The notes beneath the pieces were generated by a model, which had not been told where the DNA came from, made no database searches, and saw only the letters and a program-made list of their open reading frames with translations. A program made the translations under genes and the position numbers. Shown piece by piece: positions 11,601 through 21,646 of a DNA stretch of 64,000 nt (its first letter is position 1; each line of letters starts with the position of its first letter). The DNA is taken from positions 34,586 to 98,585 of the IMG/VR virus record IMGVR_UViG_3300032286_000363. One strand, 5' to 3'. The stretch is from a virus. Its lineage: Duplodnaviria > Heunggongvirae > Uroviricota > Caudoviricetes.

Positions 11601-13364
11601 TCTATTGTATTTTCCTACATTTCTCAAAATCCCTTTAGCAACAACTGATTTGTTTGTTCCTCTGTTTCCTCTTATAATCTTATATGCAACAATATCATCT
11701 TTTTGACTTTGTGTAAGATTTGAATTTTTTATTAATGTTGCCACTTGATTTGAATCAATCCTAACACCAATTGGAAACACAGCATCATTTCCCATCACCA
11801 TACTTCCTGATGATGTAAAAAGCTTAGATTCAAATGCTGGGCTTACAGCAATATCTGGAAACTTATGATGTCTTATTGGTTTTCCAGATAGATCTCCCCA
11901 AACTGCATCATTACAAGGATAGAGCTCTGTTGATTCCCAATAAGCAAACTTTCCATATTCCCAAGGGCCTTTATAACCTACTGCTGTAGATCTTCCTTCT
12001 GATGCTCCTATTACACTAGCAGTGTTATATATCTTCCAATAAGGACTATATCCAACACCATTTACCACACTATCAGGCTCACCTATAAAATCAGGATTTG
12101 TATCTGGAACATTTGCATTTGAAATCTCATTATAATTCTTTTCTCTACCAGGAATATGAAAACCATCTGTTTGTTTACCATTCCTTAATAAGAACACTAT
12201 TTCAAATGCATACACCTCATCACGCATGTACCCACGTAGGTTTGTAGCATTCAGCTCATCTGCATAGTTTTCTGTAGCAGGGATTCTATAAGTTTCCCAT
12301 AGTAAAGAGATTTGATTTGCTATTGATTGATAGTTGATTCTATCTATAGATGTAAGATTGTCCCATACAAGCACATCTTGAACTGTTGTAAGATCTTGAG
12401 CTATTTCATAATATGGAAACTTCTCAAATATATCACCAATAGCCAAACGTATATTTGTTACATTTTGACCAGTGTAAGTGATTTGCATTTCTGCATTATC
12501 AATATAAAATGTTCCTACAAGCTCTATAGAAGTGATATCATTCACTGTTTTAACAACAGCAAGATTAAAATATTGAAACTGTCCTGTAGCATCAAGATTG
12601 CTAATATTAACCCTAATAGACTTTCCCACCTGATAATTAAAATTAGGAGTGGTCAATTGAGGATTTGCAATAGGAGTGGGATTTGTTACAGAGTAGTAGG
12701 AAGTGTATGGGCTACCATTTGGATCTGAATATTGAATAGCAAACTGATATGTACCAGCAGTGAGATCTCCTCCTGTAACAACATCAATGATGTCTAACTG
12801 AGGAATTTCAAAGTTTGGTTGTAACTTCAACTGATTACAATCAACTATGGTTGTATATTCAGGATTGCACAATCTAGATCCTGACTTAAGTGTATAAGGA
12901 ATGTTTCCAAGATCAAGATATCTTCTTGGATTAAAACCATCTGTCCAATAAATTTCTGTTGTACAGTTTGTAATCTTATGTACTATCTTGTGTATTGGAT
13001 GATTTACATTAAAGTTTAAACAAGGAGCATCTATGTAAATACGATATTGACAATCGTTATTATCCATATATCCAATCTGCGATTCTCCTGTATTAGGATT
13101 TGCAATAAAGAATATATGTTTGTTTTGTTCATTGATAAAATGCTCACCTATTAATTGATATCCTGTAGGAAACTGTAAACAGAATTCATTACCAGGTTCA
13201 TTCTGATAGTTAATAGAATTAGAATCAAAGTTTTCAACAGCAGCATTTAATGCATACGTAAGAGCACCTTTAGGAACTTGAGTAATGGAATTATCCATAT
13301 TCATTCCCACAGATGCTGTATTATATTCAGGAGTGATATTACCTTGTTGTTGTTCTTCTGCCAT
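8607..13364 (-). CDS. 1585-aa tail or baseplate structural protein with a Ser/Thr linker and a C-terminal roughly 170-aa domain
   Basis: Very long ORF. Residues near 1400 form TTTSSSTSSTSTSSTSSTSSTSSTTSSSTT, encoded by imperfect tandem DNA repeats at about 8990-9090. Confidence 0.6.
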   Translation of the reverse strand: MAEEQQQGNITPEYNTASVGMNMDNSITQVPKGALTYALNAAVENFDSNSINYQNEPGNEFCLQFPTGYQLIGEHFINEQNKHIFFIANPNTGESQIGYMDNNDCQYRIYIDAPCLNFNVNHPIHKIVHKITNCTTEIYWTDGFNPRRYLDLGNIPYTLKSGSRLCNPEYTTIVDCNQLKLQPNFEIPQLDIIDVVTGGDLTAGTYQFAIQYSDPNGSPYTSYYSVTNPTPIANPQLTTPNFNYQVGKSIRVNISNLDATGQFQYFNLAVVKTVNDITSIELVGTFYIDNAEMQITYTGQNVTNIRLAIGDIFEKFPYYEIAQDLTTVQDVLVWDNLTSIDRINYQSIANQISLLWETYRIPATENYADELNATNLRGYMRDEVYAFEIVFLLRNGKQTDGFHIPGREKNYNEISNANVPDTNPDFIGEPDSVVNGVGYSPYWKIYNTASVIGASEGRSTAVGYKGPWEYGKFAYWESTELYPCNDAVWGDLSGKPIRHHKFPDIAVSPAFESKLFTSSGSMVMGNDAVFPIGVRIDSNQVATLIKNSNLTQSQKDDIVAYKIIRGNRGTNKSVVAKGILRNVGKYNREETDYYYPNYPYNDLRDDPFLNVTNNAWSKLALSYDVIVSKIEPDLYGGKPYAEITYTDINTNRTTTQRYYEAGATVYKVCSIGFPTFSYGEGAISYSKYDAYIVGSNSGLIQACNGWRAEWTNIYGQLESRYFRGYPFNDQDRINIKLGTTISCIEDCGSCGQFETFIETVGVDNCVGQTPLPISSNTTESKYRHVFNSPETSFGQPFLGDVLKLENVIFGSGRAHFVEVKENAMYKLLTKEAQEDALAASDSLASYTDPWSATAMFAAYQAYLTIYVNGITRRNYAYSYNSIADYNYNDIIENNLGVKQRMLDIAQYIIPGVQSTGDDCVVNNWNRESSVYLKTKESVDPLPFPDKTPSIAPGGVSLVSDESRSTISSSNMCATPAQQKPISVVSYYASIKNININQWGQIYSYETLDTGFQRSIDPVINPLPETFFGGDTFISRFAFKTKLPFFIDNRVGAPDDSDIFYDEIGNIAYPKYWHSARSVLSDFTSTGGVLPNIVSYKANNFDCPNSQLPAPPANNPNRTFYNGYFYLFAYGIPNFYCESSYNTDLRQAFNNKEGDFWPHVSTDIPDDWLQESYVSILQDNTYFYNVTFSKQNKENYFSHLPQDWKEQLCYTNYPFRAIYSEAQNINADVRVNSWLIYRPIASFDFPQNYGKLTSLDGIQNRAVLARFENKSLLYNTLLTINTSNPQAAYLGNDTLFKSAPPIDFAETDLGYVGSQNKFLLKIPQGQVTVDAKRGQVFLVAGNQATDLSAFGSGMNRFFTDHLAFEILRHFPNVDTDNHFNGVGLHGVYDSKFERVIISKLDYIPLSKDIKYDPETNEFYIEEEIDCIPITTTTSSSTSSTSTSSTSSTSSTSSTTSSSTTVPIPTASFFWSFIKSGSMTVNIQLQNFLTSEYLINETLSFSNSGVVSIPITPYNITITWQSGGSQPIKFRLCDNTTNDEIYYINNIGEGPTYTPTTTLSFTPIANHTYGLQVVNGGAAEPNPCNII

Positions 13365-13372
13365 TTGTTAAA

Positions 13373-13912
13373 TTAATTACTATTATGAAAACCTTTTGGT
13401 TTTCTATTAGAATATTCTTTATTTCTCCACTTTTCTTTTATTTTTTCTGATATTTTTCTTCGAGTCTCTTCAGACACAATATGTCCAAGTAATGCTTTTC
13501 TACGTTTCTCTCTTTCTACCTCAGACTGATTAACCTGCGTTACTTTTTTTCTATGTTTTTCTGATAATTTTCTACCTGTTAGAGCTTTTGATAGTTTAAG
13601 TTTAGATTCTTCTGATAACTTACCACCTCTACCTGGTTCTCTACAGTTTAACATTAGAACTTTACAATCTTTATAAAATTGCCAATATAATACTTCATAA
13701 GTATCTAGTACTTTTTGTTCTATATCTTTTGGTAACTCACAAACTATTTCAAATTTATGACTATCGTAACCATACTTTAAAAGAGAATTGTATACTCCTA
13801 TTTGAGTCTTACAATTATTTGTTCTATAAAAAGCAACTCTCACTGACCAGTCCCAAGTCTGACCAATATATACTTTACCAGAAGGATTTGTTATTTTATA
13901 AATTATAGGCAT
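13373..13912 (-). CDS. GIY-YIG homing endonuclease with NUMOD3-like repeats
   Basis: N-terminal IYKITNPSGKVYIGQT ... R ... H motif, followed by KLSEESKLKLSKALTGRKLSEKHRKK repeats. Confidence 0.8.
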   Translation of the reverse strand: MPIIYKITNPSGKVYIGQTWDWSVRVAFYRTNNCKTQIGVYNSLLKYGYDSHKFEIVCELPKDIEQKVLDTYEVLYWQFYKDCKVLMLNCREPGRGGKLSEESKLKLSKALTGRKLSEKHRKKVTQVNQSEVEREKRRKALLGHIVSEETRRKISEKIKEKWRNKEYSNRKPKGFHNSN

Positions 13913-13915
13913 AAA

Positions 13916-14839
13916 TTACGAATTACGCCTCCAACCATATCTATTAGTTCTATTAGGAAGCTCGTACATATTAAATCTATTAAGGTCATTCTTGATCCTT
14001 CTTTGTTTTTCCCATGCAGTTTGTTTCTTAATTTCAATATCTGCCATAATAAATGCTTCCTCAGATAGCTGTTTATAATACACAAGCTTTGATTGAATTT
14101 GTTGGAATGTTTCATCAGTCAATTGATTAGACAACATTTCAAACACTTTGTATTTAATAAATGCTTCAACATACTCTCTTATACGATAGTTATCAGGAAT
14201 CATTTGATTTCCAACAACATCGTATTCTGTAGCATAAAATGTAAGAAGAACAGTTCCATTTCTAAAGTTAGTAACAAATTTATTATCTCTAATATCGAAT
14301 GAATCTGCAGAAGAACTTCCAAGATTTGCACAATCTAATGTACAATTTGCTCTTACAGAAATGTTTCCTGGTTTTAATAGATATTGTTTATGATAGAGTC
14401 TATTCACCGAGTTGTTTGTCTTATATACAGCCTGAATCAATTCTGGCATACATTCAGGACATCCTGTTGTACATTCAATGTTTGTACAAGCAACTCCTCC
14501 AGAAACCACAGGACTCACCTGTATTGTTGTTTGATCAGCTGCCTGAGAATAGAATGAATTTGCTGATTGATAAGGATAACCTGCAGCATCTGTACACAAC
14601 CATGCTTCTCTTACAGCAAAGAAGTTATCAGGAAGTCTTGTTTCAAAATCCTCTATATGGAGAATTGTTTCAGAGATTACATATGTTGTTCTTCCTAACT
14701 TCCTTAAACATTTGTCTAAGTAGGTTGGAAACATAAGATCATCTATAGCACCTGTATCAAAGTAGGATTTAAGTTCTTCCTTCACTGTAGCATATACAGG
14801 TTCTGGAGAAACAAAATTATATTTATAGTAATAACTCAT
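13916..14839 (-). CDS. Hypothetical Cys-rich structural protein (307 aa)
   Basis: ORF containing CTNIECTTGCPEC and CTLDCANLG cysteine clusters. Confidence 0.45.
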   Translation of the reverse strand: MSYYYKYNFVSPEPVYATVKEELKSYFDTGAIDDLMFPTYLDKCLRKLGRTTYVISETILHIEDFETRLPDNFFAVREAWLCTDAAGYPYQSANSFYSQAADQTTIQVSPVVSGGVACTNIECTTGCPECMPELIQAVYKTNNSVNRLYHKQYLLKPGNISVRANCTLDCANLGSSSADSFDIRDNKFVTNFRNGTVLLTFYATEYDVVGNQMIPDNYRIREYVEAFIKYKVFEMLSNQLTDETFQQIQSKLVYYKQLSEEAFIMADIEIKKQTAWEKQRRIKNDLNRFNMYELPNRTNRYGWRRNS

Positions 14840-14856
14840 ATCAATTGTTTTTTAAA

Positions 14857-15330
14857 TTAATGGACCCACTCTCTGTAGAGGTGTTGATATTTGTCATTGG
14901 TTTTTATGTAATGTGAAAGAAGTCTTGATGTTGTGCGTGATGGTTTAAAATACCAAAGCATATTGTGTTTAATTCTTACGCTTTCTTTGAACCACTTCCA
15001 TCCAAAAAAATATCCTTCTGTATGATAGTTGAAGTTGTATATGTATTTACCTTTCTCTTTAGTTTTTTGCCAGTCTATGGGAAGATTTATAAACTCATCG
15101 TTTAATCCCTTCTTCTTCCTTCGTTTCTTTTTGTTAATAGAAAACTCACCAAATCCAAAAGGCATCTTTGCCTTTTCTCCTGTTTCTAATATATAGATTT
15201 TAAAAGCTTCGTTGAATGAATAGATGATGTTTCTCCATTCATCAAATGTTAATTTTATTGAAGGATATTTCTTACAAAAACTTTTGTAATTTTCTCTACT
15301 TGCACTTCTCCAATCAACTGCTACTCTCAT
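14857..15330 (-). CDS. Hypothetical protein (157 aa)
   Basis: ORF. Confidence 0.4.
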   Translation of the reverse strand: MRVAVDWRSASRENYKSFCKKYPSIKLTFDEWRNIIYSFNEAFKIYILETGEKAKMPFGFGEFSINKKKRRKKKGLNDEFINLPIDWQKTKEKGKYIYNFNYHTEGYFFGWKWFKESVRIKHNMLWYFKPSRTTSRLLSHYIKTNDKYQHLYREWVH

Positions 15331-16109
15331 TATTTTTCACTTACTTGGTCATCTTTATTATCACTTGTCTTATCATCATTGATTCTAAAATATGTAGATA
15401 GGAGCTTTTGTGATGTTAATTCTAATATTTGTTTTTCCAGATAGCCTGGAACATATGATTCTTTATCTAGTGGGTTTTTACACCATTCATCATCTGTAAA
15501 CTCAGGACTTCCACATCCACACTCAGGAAACATTAATTCATTTGGTACATCTTCTTCAAACAATGCAGCCATTCTAATAGCTTTCATCAAAGGATTACTA
15601 ATGTATAAATAATCATTCTGAATCCAATAGTAGTGTTCATTCTTTATAATAGGAAGTTTTAAAAGATTTACATATCTATTGATTGTAATCTCTTTAAACT
15701 TTGTACCTGTACCACCCATTGCATTTACAGAATAAACACCCTGGATAAGATATTGATAGTTTCCCTCTGTGATTCTTGGGAGTTTAAATCTGCTTCTTCC
15801 AATTGTACAAGGATCAACATATTCACAACATTCTGAAATAGAAACTTCCACCATTTCTAAACAAGGAATGGTGGTGAACAATGTAGAAGTTGACCAAAGT
15901 TTTCTTAAGTTTGTTTCTCTCTTAATTAATAAGAGAGCATTATTCTTTATCTCGCTCGCTATTGCACGGTCTGTTATCAAACTATCTGTTGATAACAATT
16001 TATGCATTGAGCGTACATCTGATATTAATTTTCTTAATGTTGACATAGATTTATATTCTTGATTCAAATTCTCCAATCTTCCCAAGCATAACATCATAAA
16101 TAAGAACAA
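15330..16109 (-). CDS. Hypothetical protein (259 aa)
   Basis: ORF. Confidence 0.45.
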   Translation of the reverse strand: MFLFMMLCLGRLENLNQEYKSMSTLRKLISDVRSMHKLLSTDSLITDRAIASEIKNNALLLIKRETNLRKLWSTSTLFTTIPCLEMVEVSISECCEYVDPCTIGRSRFKLPRITEGNYQYLIQGVYSVNAMGGTGTKFKEITINRYVNLLKLPIIKNEHYYWIQNDYLYISNPLMKAIRMAALFEEDVPNELMFPECGCGSPEFTDDEWCKNPLDKESYVPGYLEKQILELTSQKLLSTYFRINDDKTSDNKDDQVSEK

Positions 16110-17286
16110 TACCTGCTCTTATTGAATTTACAAAGTTATTATCAGCATGCCATCTGTCTGTACCAGACAAAGAAGGCATTTGTTGAATTCTTACACCTTT
16201 TATTTCTTTGGCCATATAGTGATGTTTATCACCTGTATGAACCTCTCTATATTTACAACTTCCAAACTTAGGAGCATCTATTCCTGTAGCAAACAATAAA
16301 GGAAGATCATCTATCTTACAATTACCATGGTGATATCCAATAAATGTATTTCCTAATACAACAGACTTGGTTACAGAATGTTCTCTTTGGAATTTGATTG
16401 CATCATTGTTTTTAAAAAAGACTTCTAGCGCATGTGCGAGATAGAATGATTTAGTTCTATCATGATTACCTTGTACTAACACCACTTCAACACTATGACA
16501 CACTTCTTGCAAATAGTTAATTGCTTGTACTAAAAGATCAAATCCTTCTTCATATTCATGATCATATCCCGTTAACACATCCTGAGGAGTACCTGCTGTG
16601 GTTTGATTTTGATAGTTATCTGTATGGAAGAAATCATTTGATATTGGAAATACAATCTTATTAATCATAAAGTTTGATCTCACCTTATCAATAAGATCAC
16701 ACAACACATCTAAATACTGTTCTTTCTTTTCTCTTATAGTTTCTCCTTCTAATGTTTTCTTTGCTAAATGGAAATCAGCTATAGACACCTCAATATCTAC
16801 CACTTGCATAAACTCAGCCTTTCTTTCAATCTTAACAACTTCTGTTTTATTAGGAACATAAGTTTCTAGAAACTTAGCAAAGTCTTCAGGAGTGTAATCT
16901 TTAGATTGTTTTAATGTAGCAAATACAGAACTTGTAAACTTACCATTGGATTTTTGTTTAGTCCAGTAGTTTGATATTTTGTATTTGTCTAAGTTTATTT
17001 TATGTAATCTTGCAAGCTCAATATCATCTTTAGGTTCAAATGAAGTTTCTATTACAGATTCCATTGTTCCTTTCTCATTGTTCACCTTCACTACCAACTC
17101 CTCTAGAACATCAATATAATGTGCCACCTCTGCATCATCTCTCACTCTTTCTTTATTTCTTAATTCTTTTAGTAATTCATCCACCATTTCTTCTGTCACT
17201 CCCAGTTTTTCAGCATACACCTTTTTACTTTTCTTCCAACAAAGCATTTGTTCCAACTGTTGTAACAATCCTTGGTTCAATGACAT
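16051..17286 (-). CDS. Calcineurin-like metallophosphoesterase, Mre11/SbcD-like fold
   Basis: Matches the GNHD/GNHE phosphoesterase signature: VLVQGNHD, GYHHGN, HTGDKHH. Confidence 0.55.
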   Translation of the reverse strand: MSLNQGLLQQLEQMLCWKKSKKVYAEKLGVTEEMVDELLKELRNKERVRDDAEVAHYIDVLEELVVKVNNEKGTMESVIETSFEPKDDIELARLHKINLDKYKISNYWTKQKSNGKFTSSVFATLKQSKDYTPEDFAKFLETYVPNKTEVVKIERKAEFMQVVDIEVSIADFHLAKKTLEGETIREKKEQYLDVLCDLIDKVRSNFMINKIVFPISNDFFHTDNYQNQTTAGTPQDVLTGYDHEYEEGFDLLVQAINYLQEVCHSVEVVLVQGNHDRTKSFYLAHALEVFFKNNDAIKFQREHSVTKSVVLGNTFIGYHHGNCKIDDLPLLFATGIDAPKFGSCKYREVHTGDKHHYMAKEIKGVRIQQMPSLSGTDRWHADNNFVNSIRAGIVLIYDVMLGKIGEFESRI

Positions 17287-17395
17287 ATATAGTTTTTTTG
17301 GTTAAAATTAGACTAAAGGTAGATTTTTATTTTAAATATACCAAATTATTTTAACTAACATAATTATATAGTTTAACCAAACTGGTTATAAAAAA

Positions 17396-17419
17396 CCCCA
17401 AATGTGGAAACATTCGGGG
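17396..17419 (-). terminator. Intrinsic terminator-like hairpin inside the late operon
   Basis: CCCCAAATGT / ACATTCGGGG stem with one mismatch and a GGAA tetraloop. On the minus strand it is followed by UUUUUUAUAA. Lies between ORF 17450..17671 and the phosphoesterase gene. Confidence 0.5.
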
Positions 17420-17449
17420 ATACCCTGTAAAACCAATAAAACAGGATTT

Positions 17450-17671
17450 TTAACTTATTTGTAAATCAACATAGTTTAAACACTTTCCTGTAGACTTCAC
17501 TCTTATTATAGATGTTGCTGTAGGAACTACATTTGATGTATACCCTGTTAGAAGAGCTGCCTTACTAACACCAGTTTCAAATGGTGATGAATAACCATTA
17601 TCATCTGAAAATAGATTAAATAAAGGACCTGTATCTATATCTGCTACTGTTAATTGTATTAATACATTCAT
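17450..17671 (-). CDS. Hypothetical small protein (73 aa)
   Basis: ORF. Confidence 0.3.
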   Translation of the reverse strand: MNVLIQLTVADIDTGPLFNLFSDDNGYSSPFETGVSKAALLTGYTSNVVPTATSIIRVKSTGKCLNYVDLQIS

Positions 17672-17680
17672 ATATTAATT

Positions 17681-19036
17681 TTAAAATTGTATCCAACTTG
17701 AACCATCATAATATTCCATCTTATTAGCTTGAGAGTTATATCCCATCTCACCACTATTAGGAGAAGTAGGTCTTCCTGCATCATCCCATCTTGCAGGCAT
17801 TATTCCTCTTGTTGCAAGTCTTTGATCTATAGATGATGTAAATACAGTGTTTACAGCATCCACTCTAACTCTACCATTACCTAAAGAGTCTTCGTCTACA
17901 ACTACTCTTGAAGAGTTTTGTGCAAATTCTATTACAGGATAGTCACCATCAACTCTTGATCCATTCCATGTTGTTGGAGTAGTTCCATTAGATCTAAAAA
18001 CCCAACCAGCTGCACCAGCAGTACCACTTATTGTAGATCCCATACTTATAGGAAATACATCACCAAGTTTTAATGTTGTTAATGTATATACTTTTGTAGG
18101 GATCCATCCAGGAAATCCAGGATCTATAGGACTATACCAAGAATCTACCCAATTACGATTAGCCACTCTTTCATCAAAATAATGTGCAATAGCTGCTGAT
18201 TCTTCACTTACAGAATGTATTTGATCTATCACTTGGAAATTATTTACTGGATTAAATGTTATCCAAGGATGTGCTGCTATCCAATTAGCTTGAGCATTAT
18301 ATGCAGGACTATCATAGTTTGTCAACCAAAGAGCTGCTGAACTTTTAAATGATATGATTCTTGTATAAGATCCTGTAGGAGCAGCTGAGAACCTATCCCC
18401 TGTCTCAAGAATAGCTGAAGATTTTTTAAATGATCCATAACCATATATTGCTGAATCTCCTCCAGTGAACAATAGTTCATTGTTCCCAAGAGTGACAGTT
18501 GTAGCAGCTGTAAGAGTTCCTCCTAGCTTTATATTATTTGCAGTTTTTGTAAGTCCATTATCTGCTGTAAGATTTGTTAGGATGTTTGTAGCCACTCCAC
18601 TATATCCAGATGATGTAATTACACCACTTGAGTCAATTGTTAAGAATGTTGAAGGAGTTGATATTGATGACAATCCTGTAAGAGATAGTGTATTTGTTGA
18701 TGATGTAACTAGTGTTGTAGGAGTTGATAAAGTCCCTCCTAAATTGATTGTTCCTGAGGAGAGATTAAGTCCACTTCCTGCGCCTGATATAGTTCCAGTT
18801 TTTACCACAAGATCTGCATTGTTTATACCATTGGCATACCAGTATTCTTGAATAGGATTGCTTCCCACCTTGATACCAATAGTAAGACCTATGTAACGTT
18901 GGTATGTTGGAATAGCTGCATTTGCATCTGATGTAGTTGCATAAAAACCTGTTGTTCCTGATATATTAGTTCCAAATCTAGCATCTGCAGGTTTAGGAGC
19001 TCGTACGTCTATATTATCATTTAGTATTATTGACAT
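17681..19036 (-). CDS. Tail fibre protein (451 aa); paralogue of the 19056..21641 gene
   Basis: N-terminus MSIILNDNIDVRAPKPADARFG is about 80% identical to the N-terminus of the adjacent fibre. Internal NGLTKTANNIKLGG motif. C-terminal ...YYDGSSWIQF tip motif. Confidence 0.65.
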   Translation of the reverse strand: MSIILNDNIDVRAPKPADARFGTNISGTTGFYATTSDANAAIPTYQRYIGLTIGIKVGSNPIQEYWYANGINNADLVVKTGTISGAGSGLNLSSGTINLGGTLSTPTTLVTSSTNTLSLTGLSSISTPSTFLTIDSSGVITSSGYSGVATNILTNLTADNGLTKTANNIKLGGTLTAATTVTLGNNELLFTGGDSAIYGYGSFKKSSAILETGDRFSAAPTGSYTRIISFKSSAALWLTNYDSPAYNAQANWIAAHPWITFNPVNNFQVIDQIHSVSEESAAIAHYFDERVANRNWVDSWYSPIDPGFPGWIPTKVYTLTTLKLGDVFPISMGSTISGTAGAAGWVFRSNGTTPTTWNGSRVDGDYPVIEFAQNSSRVVVDEDSLGNGRVRVDAVNTVFTSSIDQRLATRGIMPARWDDAGRPTSPNSGEMGYNSQANKMEYYDGSSWIQF

Positions 19037-19055
19037 CTTTTATTATTTATTGATT

Positions 19056-21641
19056 TTAAAATGGTACCATTGAAATTTTTTGCCATCCTAAAGGTGATCC
19101 ACCGTAAATAACTAATGCATGAGCATCTGTATTATATACAATTAGTCCCTCTACAGGTGAAACAATTGCAAACATTTGTGCAGTGGTCATCTTTGGAGGT
19201 AAGAAACCTTTTGTTGTAGAGTTCACTTCTAACAATGCTGATGAAACAGCTACAGAACTACCTGCACCTATTCTAACTCTACCTTCATCTTTCTCCACTA
19301 TAATTCTATCAAACCAACTACTGGTAACATTTCTATATGTTGAAATGTGAACATTACCATCTGATATGGATCCAGGAAATGCTGCACCAAAAGCAACTGC
19401 ACCATTAGATCTTGTAGAATTTGACCAAGCTTCTAATATTGGACTTCCTCCAATTATTGTTAAAGGTACACTAACCCCAGTGGCACTTATTTCCATTGTA
19501 TGCCCTGCTCCAATAAAAGTAGTTGGTGAACCAGTACCAATATGACAATTTCCATTAACATCTAACTTAGTTGCAGCATTTGGAGTGGATGTAGCTATTC
19601 CCACTTGACCACTTGTAGTTCCTAATAGAACATTTCCACTTGTATTTTCAAAAGCTATGTGTTTAGATCCATTGATATTACCAACATTTGGATTGTAATA
19701 TATACCTCTTATTGTACCTGTACCTAGAGGAACACCAAATGGAGAAAGCTGACTATAACTAGGAGATATGTTTATTTGATTATACTCAACAGTATTTGCA
19801 ATTGTAGTATTACCTATTGATCCGTTTATTTTCAAAGCATTAACAACACCTGTTGCTATACCACTATTATAACTATCTTGTATAGTAAATGAATCACCTA
19901 AACCACCTCCAGTATAATTATATTTTGCAATTATTGAATTACCAGCCCAAAAATCAACAGAACTTCCAGATATTCCTTTAAACATACCTGTTTGTATGTA
20001 AGCAGCTGCAGTAGGAGAATCTAGATTAAAGCCAACTAATGAAAATATCTCTTTATCTGTACCAAAATTAGATTTTAATAATGTGGCTGCTGAAGGAAAT
20101 GCAGAAAGAGTACCTATATATACATACCCTTCTTTAGTTACAGATAGGGCAGCTGTCATAGTATTAGTAGTATCATCTTTAACCATTAACCTAACAGGTG
20201 GTACAAGACTTCTTGTATCTAAATAAAGAGCACCACCTTGTTGGTTAGAAACAACACCATCGTTAAGTCCTATTTGAGTGTACGCACTTCCATATCCTGT
20301 TGGACCATATGAATATATTCCAAAATAATCTGTTGTGGTGGAATAAGGATACATTCTAAAATCCACTCTACTAGAACTAATTAAATCTAATTCTGTATCA
20401 GCTACTGAACTACTACCTATTTCAATATTATTAGTACTTACTTGTTGTATTATACTATCTGTAAGACTTATACCATCAGCATTCCATTTAGGAACAAAGT
20501 TTTCTGTACCAGTTCCTCCTAGGTAAGGAATAGTGATGTCTCCTGTATCAGGGTCTGCAAATATAGAATTGTTTACACTTGCTACTAATGTTGCATTTTG
20601 GTTTGGAAGAACTAGAGTGTTATTGTTTGGAACTGCTGTAAGTGTTAATGTTCCAAGAATATCGTTAGTAAATTCTATTCTATCAGATGTAATAAATACC
20701 TCATCGTTTATAGAAGATATTGATAGTGTATCATCAACTGCTATTACCGAAGTTCCTCCTGATACATTTGTTATGCTAAATTCTCCTCTTCCAACATTTG
20801 TTGTTAAATTTGCATCTAGACTTTCTAAGTTAATATCATATCCTGCAGCAGTTTGAGTTGGAGTGGCTGCAAGAACTTGTTCTAATGTAGGAGTGGTTGG
20901 GGGGATTGATGATAGGTATTCTGTAAGAGCACTTAATGAAGCGTATAGTGTTTCACTAGTTGGGGCAGCTGCAATTGATGTACCACGTATCACTTTATTA
21001 GCAACGTTCTCAGGAATAAATCCAAGACCTGTATCTAATATATCCCAGTCAGCATCAGTATTTGGTTGAGCACCATCTACCAATGCTCTTACACTTGCTC
21101 CTATTCCCACTTCAATACCGTTCAAATCTCCAGGAACAGATATGAACCAAAGGTCTCCTTTCCTGATAGCACCTGCTGGACCACTTCCTCCTGTTGTAGG
21201 ATAGTCTCCTGATGTTGCTGGAAAGTTTCCTCTATCATCTAATAGTCCTGCAACATTAGCATCTACATAAGTTTTAGTTGCTTTTACAGAAGGATATTTT
21301 ACATCACTTGCTCCATCTGCAATAACGTCTATTGATAAGTTTGTTGTAAGCTGTGTAGGAGTTGTTACTGATATAGTTGGGTTTACAGTTCCTGTAATGC
21401 TTATACCTGTTCCTGCAGTGATTCCTGTAACAGTTCCAGATGTAGTTTTTAAAACAAGAGTCAGTGTGCTATCAAACCACCATTCCACAATAGGAGTACC
21501 AACACCCACAGTAAGCCCTACATATCTTTGATATGCAGGAATACCCTCAAGAGCTGCAGCAGTTGTTGTATATGGACCAAACCTATTATCTGTAGGCTTG
21601 GGTGCTCTTGTATCTATATTATCATTTAATATTATTGCCAT
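19056..21641 (-). CDS. Tail fibre protein (861 aa)
   Basis: N-terminus MAIILNDNIDTRAPKPTDNRFG. Long Gly/Thr/Ser-rich beta-rich sequence typical of fibres. Confidence 0.7.
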   Translation of the reverse strand: MAIILNDNIDTRAPKPTDNRFGPYTTTAAALEGIPAYQRYVGLTVGVGTPIVEWWFDSTLTLVLKTTSGTVTGITAGTGISITGTVNPTISVTTPTQLTTNLSIDVIADGASDVKYPSVKATKTYVDANVAGLLDDRGNFPATSGDYPTTGGSGPAGAIRKGDLWFISVPGDLNGIEVGIGASVRALVDGAQPNTDADWDILDTGLGFIPENVANKVIRGTSIAAAPTSETLYASLSALTEYLSSIPPTTPTLEQVLAATPTQTAAGYDINLESLDANLTTNVGRGEFSITNVSGGTSVIAVDDTLSISSINDEVFITSDRIEFTNDILGTLTLTAVPNNNTLVLPNQNATLVASVNNSIFADPDTGDITIPYLGGTGTENFVPKWNADGISLTDSIIQQVSTNNIEIGSSSVADTELDLISSSRVDFRMYPYSTTTDYFGIYSYGPTGYGSAYTQIGLNDGVVSNQQGGALYLDTRSLVPPVRLMVKDDTTNTMTAALSVTKEGYVYIGTLSAFPSAATLLKSNFGTDKEIFSLVGFNLDSPTAAAYIQTGMFKGISGSSVDFWAGNSIIAKYNYTGGGLGDSFTIQDSYNSGIATGVVNALKINGSIGNTTIANTVEYNQINISPSYSQLSPFGVPLGTGTIRGIYYNPNVGNINGSKHIAFENTSGNVLLGTTSGQVGIATSTPNAATKLDVNGNCHIGTGSPTTFIGAGHTMEISATGVSVPLTIIGGSPILEAWSNSTRSNGAVAFGAAFPGSISDGNVHISTYRNVTSSWFDRIIVEKDEGRVRIGAGSSVAVSSALLEVNSTTKGFLPPKMTTAQMFAIVSPVEGLIVYNTDAHALVIYGGSPLGWQKISMVPF

Positions 21642-21646
21642 AATTA

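Noticed and set aside
2079-13364. A virion RNA polymerase (DxDGD double-psi beta-barrel) in the giant proteins, or a reverse transcriptase/DGR associated with the fibre genes.
   Set aside because: Only a QDGD near the N-terminus of the 1373-aa protein was seen, which does not fit DxDGD. No YxDD reverse-transcriptase motif was seen in any frame.
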